64,000 bases of DNA, from contig CAVPSB010000031.1 in NCBI GenBank assembly GCA_963708025.1, forward strand, positions 32,001 to 96,000. The letters are read 5' to 3'. Positions 58,608-64,000 of the stretch are shown here, piece after piece. A program made the position numbers and the translations under genes. This DNA comes from an uncultured Candidatus Rokubacteria bacterium (GTDB lineage Bacteria > Methylomirabilota > Methylomirabilia > Rokubacteriales > DASRDR01). Within the stretch, counting starts at the first letter, position 1. Every line of letters begins with the position of its first letter. The notes beneath the pieces are model-generated. The model ran no database searches, was not told the DNA's origin, and was given only the letters and a program-made list of their open reading frames with translations.

Positions 58608-59054
58608 CTATTGCCCGACGATGTCGGGCTTCATCGAGGCGAGCGCGGTCAGCAGCTCGTTCTTCTCCTTGGCCGGGACCTTGAACTTGTCGAGGCTCTT
58701 CACGAGGTCCTCGACCAGCGCGTTGAAGTCGCCGTCGGTGATCTTCATCCCCTTGTGGGCGGTCTTCATGTCGAGGCCGGTGTACTTGCAGGGGCCGCCG
58801 GTCGCCTGGCAGACCTGGTCGACCAGGTTCTTCTTGAGCCGCGGGATGTCGGTCTGGGCGAACTGCTTGTTGATGCGCGCATCCGCGGCGACGTTGGCGA
58901 CGAAGTCGTCGATGACCGCCTGGATGGCCGGGAGCCCGCCGAGCCGCTCGTAGAGGGGCTTCTCCTTCATCGCCTGCTGCTGGGCGCAGCCGGCCACGGC
59001 CAGCGCCAGGGCGCCCGCCGCCAGGCCCTTCACGATCGAGTGCCACGGGGTCAT
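58608..59054 (-). CDS. glbN: group I truncated haemoglobin, predicted lipoprotein
   Basis: [23 protein letters not shown]...F motifs; lipobox AVAGC. Confidence 0.9.
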   Translation of the reverse strand: MTPWHSIVKGLAAGALALAVAGCAQQQAMKEKPLYERLGGLPAIQAVIDDFVANVAADARINKQFAQTDIPRLKKNLVDQVCQATGGPCKYTGLDMKTAHKGMKITDGDFNALVEDLVKSLDKFKVPAKEKNELLTALASMKPDIVGQ

Positions 59055-59546
59055 GATGCCTCCTTTGTCTGGGTTGCCGCGCGGAATCCACCGGGGCGGA
59101 CACTGGCCCGCGGGTCCGACGGCCGCCAGGTTCCGGACCGGACGTCGGCAAGCCCCGCCCACCGCTTCCGGGAGCTTCTACGCCCCGCCGGGGCCGATCG
59201 GATGGGAGGACCGACCGTCGAGCGCGCCCGAAGGGGTCCCTCGCATCCGGAGGGACCGGGGTCCGGCCGCGCGTGCAAGCCGCCTGGCCATCGGCCAGCG
59301 GCGCTCGGCAGACCCGGCAGGCGCGCGTCGATCCCATCGCGGGCTCTCGAGGCATCTTAGCGAGTTGGTGGCCGGCCCACGAAATCCTGGCTCCGGCCCT
59401 CGCGCTCTCGTTCGAGAGGCATCCGAGCCTCCCGGCGGCGCGGGGACGGTGCTGCGGGAACCGGCGGGACGGAGCCGGGTCGCGACTTGACGGCCCTCCG
59501 ATTGGGGCGCACACTCCTGCCATCGCTTGACCGGGAGAGGATCGGC

Positions 59547-60269
59547 ATGAAGAAGGATCGGCTGGTCGTCCGGACCGCCTTCCTGGCGCTCGTGGCGGGG
59601 CTCCTGCTGGTGCCGGCCGCCGCGCTCGCCGATCGATCCCACGGCCGGCCCGCCCCCGGTGGCCACCGGGGCGGCCACCACGTCGGCACGGGCTCCTTCG
59701 CCCCGCACCGGGGCGGACCGCTGCGGTTCGGCCCTCACCGGTTCGCTCCGCACCGCTTCCACCATCGGAACTCCACTCCCTTTGCATACGGTTACGCGGT
59801 GTCCCCGTTCGTCACGTACGCGTCGCCGCCCGTCTACTACACCCCCTCGGTTCTCTCCGACCCTCCGGTCGTCTACGACCCGCCGGTCTACGGTCCACCG
59901 CCGGTCTACAGCGCGCCGCCCGCGTACGTCCCGTCGATGAGCGGGGTCGTGTCGGTCGCGCCGGTGGCGCCGCCGGCCCCACCGACGCCCACGGTCATCG
60001 AGTATCCGACCGGGCGGTACGAGCTCCGGGGCGACGGGACGACGACGGCCTACACCTGGGTGTGGATCCCGAATCCGCCGCCGGCGCCCCCGGCCGGCCC
60101 GCCCGCGCCATCCGTGGCCCCCTCGGGGTATTCAACGGGTGAGCCGCCGCCGCGCCGCAGCCAGCTCTATCGCTGGACGGACGACGAGGGTGTGACGCAC
60201 TTCACCGATCGCGCGGAGATCGTCCCGGAGAAGTATCGCGTCCAGACGAAGCGGTCCCCGTCGTCCTGA
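59547..60269 (+). CDS. secreted Pro/His-rich protein with a C-terminal DUF4124-like motif
   Basis: Signal peptide; LYRWTDDEGVTHFTD..VPEKYR. Confidence 0.72.
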   Translation: MKKDRLVVRTAFLALVAGLLLVPAAALADRSHGRPAPGGHRGGHHVGTGSFAPHRGGPLRFGPHRFAPHRFHHRNSTPFAYGYAVSPFVTYASPPVYYTPSVLSDPPVVYDPPVYGPPPVYSAPPAYVPSMSGVVSVAPVAPPAPPTPTVIEYPTGRYELRGDGTTTAYTWVWIPNPPPAPPAGPPAPSVAPSGYSTGEPPPRRSQLYRWTDDEGVTHFTDRAEIVPEKYRVQTKRSPSS

Positions 60270-60362
60270 TCGCTCGTTCCGCCCACGATTGCTTGCCCGC
60301 GCCACGACGGCCAGCGACACCGACAGCCCCGCACTCTTCGCGGATCAGCCCGTCACATCCAC

Positions 60363-61151
60363 TCAGGCGCCGAGGAAGTCGGCGAGCGCGGCCACGACGG
60401 CGGCCGGACGGTCGAGGACGACGTGGTGGTACGCGTCCGGGATCTCGACCAGGGTGGCCGCCGGGATCGCCGCGCGCAGGCGCTGGGCCATCTCGCGCGG
60501 CAGGACGGGGCTGTGGCCGCCGCGGACGATGAGGGTCGGAGCGGTGATCCGGCCCAGGAGTGACCAGCCGTCCACCGGCTGCCGGGCGGCGTAGGCCGCG
60601 GGATCGAAGCGCGGGACGTAGCCCCCGTCCGCCGGGACGACACCCGCCTCCGCGAGGTGACCGAGGAGGGCAGGGTCGGCGACCGTGTCGGGGGGCAGGA
60701 GGCGGAACGCGGCCACCGCCGCCTCCCGCGTCGAGTGGCGGCGGCGCGGTCGCTGGCCCCGCTCCCGCATGCGGAGGAGGCGCTCCTCGGGAATCGCGGG
60801 CCGGGCGTCGACGATCACCAGGGCCCGGACGCGGTCGGGGTGCCAGGCGGCGAGCCCGATGGCGTTGTGGCCGCCCATCGAGTGACCGACGACGGTGGCC
60901 CGGTCCCAGCCGAGCCGATCCAGCACCGCCACCAGGTCCGCCACGAAGTCCTCGGTCGCGTAGGCCGGCGGCGAGGGCCAGGCGCTCTCCCCGTGACCAC
61001 GCTGGTCGAGTGCTACCAGGTGGTATCGATCGGCGAGCGCCGGCGTGACGGCGTCCCACCAGTGGGCGTGGGCCGCTCCCCCGTGGAGGAGTAGGACCCC
61101 GGGGTGCCCCGGTGTCCCGGACTCGAGGGCGTGTAGCGCGAGACCGCGCAC
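60363..61151 (-). CDS. alpha/beta hydrolase (true start uncertain)
   Basis: LLHG, DQRGHGES, GHSMGG and HH motifs. Confidence 0.9.
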   Translation of the reverse strand: MRGLALHALESGTPGHPGVLLLHGGAAHAHWWDAVTPALADRYHLVALDQRGHGESAWPSPPAYATEDFVADLVAVLDRLGWDRATVVGHSMGGHNAIGLAAWHPDRVRALVIVDARPAIPEERLLRMRERGQRPRRRHSTREAAVAAFRLLPPDTVADPALLGHLAEAGVVPADGGYVPRFDPAAYAARQPVDGWSLLGRITAPTLIVRGGHSPVLPREMAQRLRAAIPAATLVEIPDAYHHVVLDRPAAVVAALADFLGA

Positions 61152-61355
61152 CTCGATCGTGCGCCGGCGCGCCGTCTCGCAGCCGAAGCACGCCGGGCAT
61201 CAGCTCATCGACCATCGTGGATCGTCCATTCGATCTGCATCATGGTGCGCGGAGACGCCGCCGAGCGCAAGGCGTGAGCACGGGTGGTACAGTTCCCAGG
61301 GAGCCGCGGGTCGCGCCGGCGGACGCGGCGACGTCACCGCGACGGGAGGACGACG

Positions 61356-62352
61356 ATGCGGGTTCTGAGTCTCGGCAAGCTTCGCGGGATGACCCAGATG
61401 GCGAGCGCGGCTGGCGTGATCGCCGTGGCGGCGATCGACCATCGCGGATCGCTCCAGGCCATGCTGGAGCGCGGCGGCCGGCCGGCCGGTCGGATTCGAC
61501 GAGCTGGTGGTCGAGAAGCTCCGCATGACGCGACGGCTGGCGCCGCTCGCCACCGCGGTGTTGCTCGATCCGCTGTATGGGGCGCCGGCGGTCGCCACCG
61601 GGGCGGTGCCGGGGCACGTCGGCCTGGTGATGTGCCTGGAGGAGTTCGGCTACGAGGGGAGCGCCGAGGGCCGCCTGACCACCGTCATCAAGGGCTGGAG
61701 TGTCGCCAAGATCAAGCGGATGGGAGCCGCCGCGGTCAAGCTCCTGCTCTTCTATCACCCCCGGGCGGCGGTGGCCTCCCGCCAGGAGGACTTCGTCGGG
61801 CGCGTCGCCGACGAGTGCCGGCGCCACGACATCGCGTTCCTGCTCGAGCCGATGTCCTACCCCATCGAGCCGGGACGCCGGAAGGAGACGGCCGGGTTCG
61901 CCCGCGAGAAGCCGGAGGTCGTGATCGAGTCGGCGCGACGGCTGGGCAGCCTGGGGATCGATCTCCTCAAGGCGGAGTTCCCCGACGACCCCCGCTTCGA
62001 GACGGATGAAGGCCGGATGCGCGGCCACTGTCGGGCGCTCACCGAGGCCTCGCCGGTGCCCTGGGTGCTGCTGTCGGCGGGGGAAACGTTCGACACATTC
62101 CAGCGCCTCACGGCGATCGCCTGCCAGGAAGGCGCTTCGGGGTTCATGGCCGGCCGCGCCATCTGGCAGGAGGGGATGCTCCTCGCCGACCCGGCCGCGC
62201 GGGAGCGGTTCCTGGCCACGACCGCCGTCAGCCGCCTCCGGATCCTCTCCGCCATCGCCGACGCCTACGCGGCGCCGTGGACGGCGCGGTTCGGGGACCC
62301 GAGCGGCGGGCCGGCGACGCGGGAGGGCTGGCACCTCGAGTACGCCGAGTGA
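61356..62352 (+). pseudogene. lacD: tagatose-1,6-bisphosphate aldolase (LacD-like), frameshifted near 61485
   Basis: N-terminal AAIDHRGSL in one frame; VLLDPLYG, KLLLFYHP, LKAEFP, LLSAG and GFMAGRAIW in another. Confidence 0.8.
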
Positions 62353-62374
62353 CGGCCACGGCCGCCGCACCGCC

Positions 62375-62403
62375 TTGACACTCTCCGTTCCCACCGCGAG
62401 AAT
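62375..62403 (+). promoter_or_regulatory. sigma-70-like promoter
   Basis: TTGACA-N17-GAGAAT. Confidence 0.6.
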
Positions 62404-62449
62404 GGCCGCGCACGAACCACCGGTCACCCGCCATCGAAGGAGGCTCGTC

Positions 62450-63730
62450 GTGATTCACGGACACACCGTTCGACTCCGGGTCCTCGCCGTTCTCGTGGCC
62501 GGCGTCCTGACGCTGCTCGCCAGCCAGGGCCACGCCAAGACGGAGGTGCGATGGCTCCAGTGGAAGACGTCCGAGGTCGGCGAGAAGCACATGAGCGATC
62601 TCAAGGCCGCGTTCGAGCGGGACAACCCGGACGTGACCCTGACGCTCGTCGACTCGCCGTTCACCGGCTTCCACGACAAGGCCATCACGCTCTTCCAGGC
62701 GCAGAAGCTGGCGGACGTGCTGATGATCCAGGTGGACTGGGTGGCCGAGTACGCCGACTTCGGCATGCTGGAGCCGCTGGACGAGTGGCTCGTCAAGGAG
62801 CCGAAGGCGTTCATGGACGGTATCTTCCCCACCTTCCACAAGAAGTGGCTGGGGAAGCAATACTATCTCCCGCTGCACGCCGGGTGCGTGGCGCTCTACT
62901 GGAACACCGAGATCTTCCGGAAGGCCGGTCTGGCGGGGCCGCCGAAGACGTGGGACGAGTACGTGGCGGCGGCCAAGAAGGTGACGAACCTGGAGGCCAA
63001 GGTCTTCGCGACCACCGGCACCCTGGCGGTGGAGCCGCCCACGAACCTGACCTACGACATCTACCCGCTGATCTACCAGGCCGGGGGTGACGTGATCGAC
63101 GAGAAGACCAACAAGGCCGTGTTCAACAGCCCGGCCGGGGTGAAGGCCGTCCAGTGGTACGTCGATCTGGTCAACGTGCACAAGGCCTCGGTGCCCGGGG
63201 TCCTGTCGAACGGCGAGAAGGAGAAGCGCGGCAACTTCGGTGCCGGCAACGTGGCCATGATGTTCGAGGGGCCGTGGGGGATCGCCATCCAGAAGCGGCT
63301 CAACCCCAACCTCCAGTACGACATCGCCACCCTCCCCAAGGGCGCGACGACGGGGACCGTGGTGAGGGGCTCGCTGAACACCATGACCACGCAGGCCAAG
63401 GACAAGGAGGCGGCCTGGAAGTTCCTGCGCTGGATCTCGGGGCCGGTCGGCAACGAGCTCTGGGCCCGGGGCACCGGCGACTTCCCCGCCCGGAAGGAAG
63501 TGGCGGAGCAGCCCTTCTTCAAGGAGAACAAGCTGGTGCAGGCCTTCGTCCAGCAGATGCTGCTGCCGAACGCCAAGTCGCCGAACCTCGGGATGCCGCA
63601 GGCCGTCCAGCTCAACAAGGTCCTGACCGCCGAGATCCAGAACGCCGTGCAGGGCAAGAAGCCGGTCAAGCAGGCCCTGGACGACGCGGCGGTGGAGTGG
63701 AACAAGGTCCTGGCCAAGTACCAGAAGTAG
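62450..63730 (+). CDS. sugar ABC substrate-binding protein, family 1
   Basis: Signal peptide; FERDNPD, LYWN..F..AG..PPKTWDE and AWKFL motifs. Confidence 0.92.
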   Translation: MIHGHTVRLRVLAVLVAGVLTLLASQGHAKTEVRWLQWKTSEVGEKHMSDLKAAFERDNPDVTLTLVDSPFTGFHDKAITLFQAQKLADVLMIQVDWVAEYADFGMLEPLDEWLVKEPKAFMDGIFPTFHKKWLGKQYYLPLHAGCVALYWNTEIFRKAGLAGPPKTWDEYVAAAKKVTNLEAKVFATTGTLAVEPPTNLTYDIYPLIYQAGGDVIDEKTNKAVFNSPAGVKAVQWYVDLVNVHKASVPGVLSNGEKEKRGNFGAGNVAMMFEGPWGIAIQKRLNPNLQYDIATLPKGATTGTVVRGSLNTMTTQAKDKEAAWKFLRWISGPVGNELWARGTGDFPARKEVAEQPFFKENKLVQAFVQQMLLPNAKSPNLGMPQAVQLNKVLTAEIQNAVQGKKPVKQALDDAAVEWNKVLAKYQK

Positions 63731-63741
63731 AGACACCATCC

Positions 63742-63780
63742 GGCGCCGCTCCGTCCCGCACCCGGGATCGGGGCGGCGCC
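63742..63780. repeat. intercistronic GC-rich hairpin
   Basis: GGCGCCGCTCCG...CGGGGCGGCGCC. Confidence 0.7.
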
Positions 63781-63790
63781 GAGCTCCACG

Positions 63791-64000
63791 ATGGCCACGG
63801 TCCCCTTCCGGCGCCGCTACGGCGAGGAACTCCAGGCCTACGCGTTTCTCGCTCCGGCTCTCCTGCTGCTCCTCATCCTGCTGGTGTATCCGGTGGGGCA
63901 GGTCGTCCGGATGAGCTTCTTCGAGGTCACGCCGCGCGTCCAGCGCTGGGTCGGTCTCGAGAACTACCGGGTGCTCGCCGGCAACCCGGCCTTCTGGGGG
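63791..64000 (+). CDS. carbohydrate ABC permease (partial, runs off the window)
   Basis: YAFLAPAL..YP..MSF..WVGLENY..FW. Confidence 0.88.
   Translation, partial: MATVPFRRRYGEELQAYAFLAPALLLLLILLVYPVGQVVRMSFFEVTPRVQRWVGLENYRVLAGNPAFWG

Noticed and set aside
61152-61215. Fourth frameshift at the hydrolase N-terminus
   Set aside because: The upstream in-frame RRRTIEV looks coding and the nearby ATGs are out of frame, but the GTG start at 61151 is adequate; evidence is too weak.

Overview
This is a 64 kb window of very GC-rich bacterial DNA. The many ABC-transporter genes and the G-rich intergenic repeats suggest Ca. Rokubacteria/Methylomirabilota, but that is an inference. About 50 real genes are present; most of the long ORFs in the supplied track are GC-driven shadow ORFs. 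Content includes family-5 and sugar ABC modules (none with an ATPase gene), two histidine kinases, two receiver proteins, an MCP paired with a binding protein, two globins, a DRG-type GTPase, a Ser/Thr kinase-FHA pair and RNase HI. The best candidate for a new system is a visibly less GC-rich operon at 6011-12798. It encodes a PqqD/RRE protein whose own tail carries a lasso-type YxxPxL leader motif and ends in Ser, followed by an HPr-kinase-like protein, one GT2, three GT4 glycosyltransferases and a nucleotidyltransferase. No leader peptidase or cyclase is present, so it may be a phospho-glycosylated RiPP or peptide-primed glycan system. Other highlights: (1) a selenoprotein split by the ORF caller (AhpC/TSA-like, WASW-U-GC, with a SECIS-like hairpin; 24492-25592); (2) a 1-nt insertion fusing comD to comE; (3) a ~150 bp duplicated SMR promoter and 5' end joined to an IS91-like remnant; (4) a dispersed G-tract repeat family; (5) many orphan gene scraps. 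Three frameshifted genes may be assembly errors.
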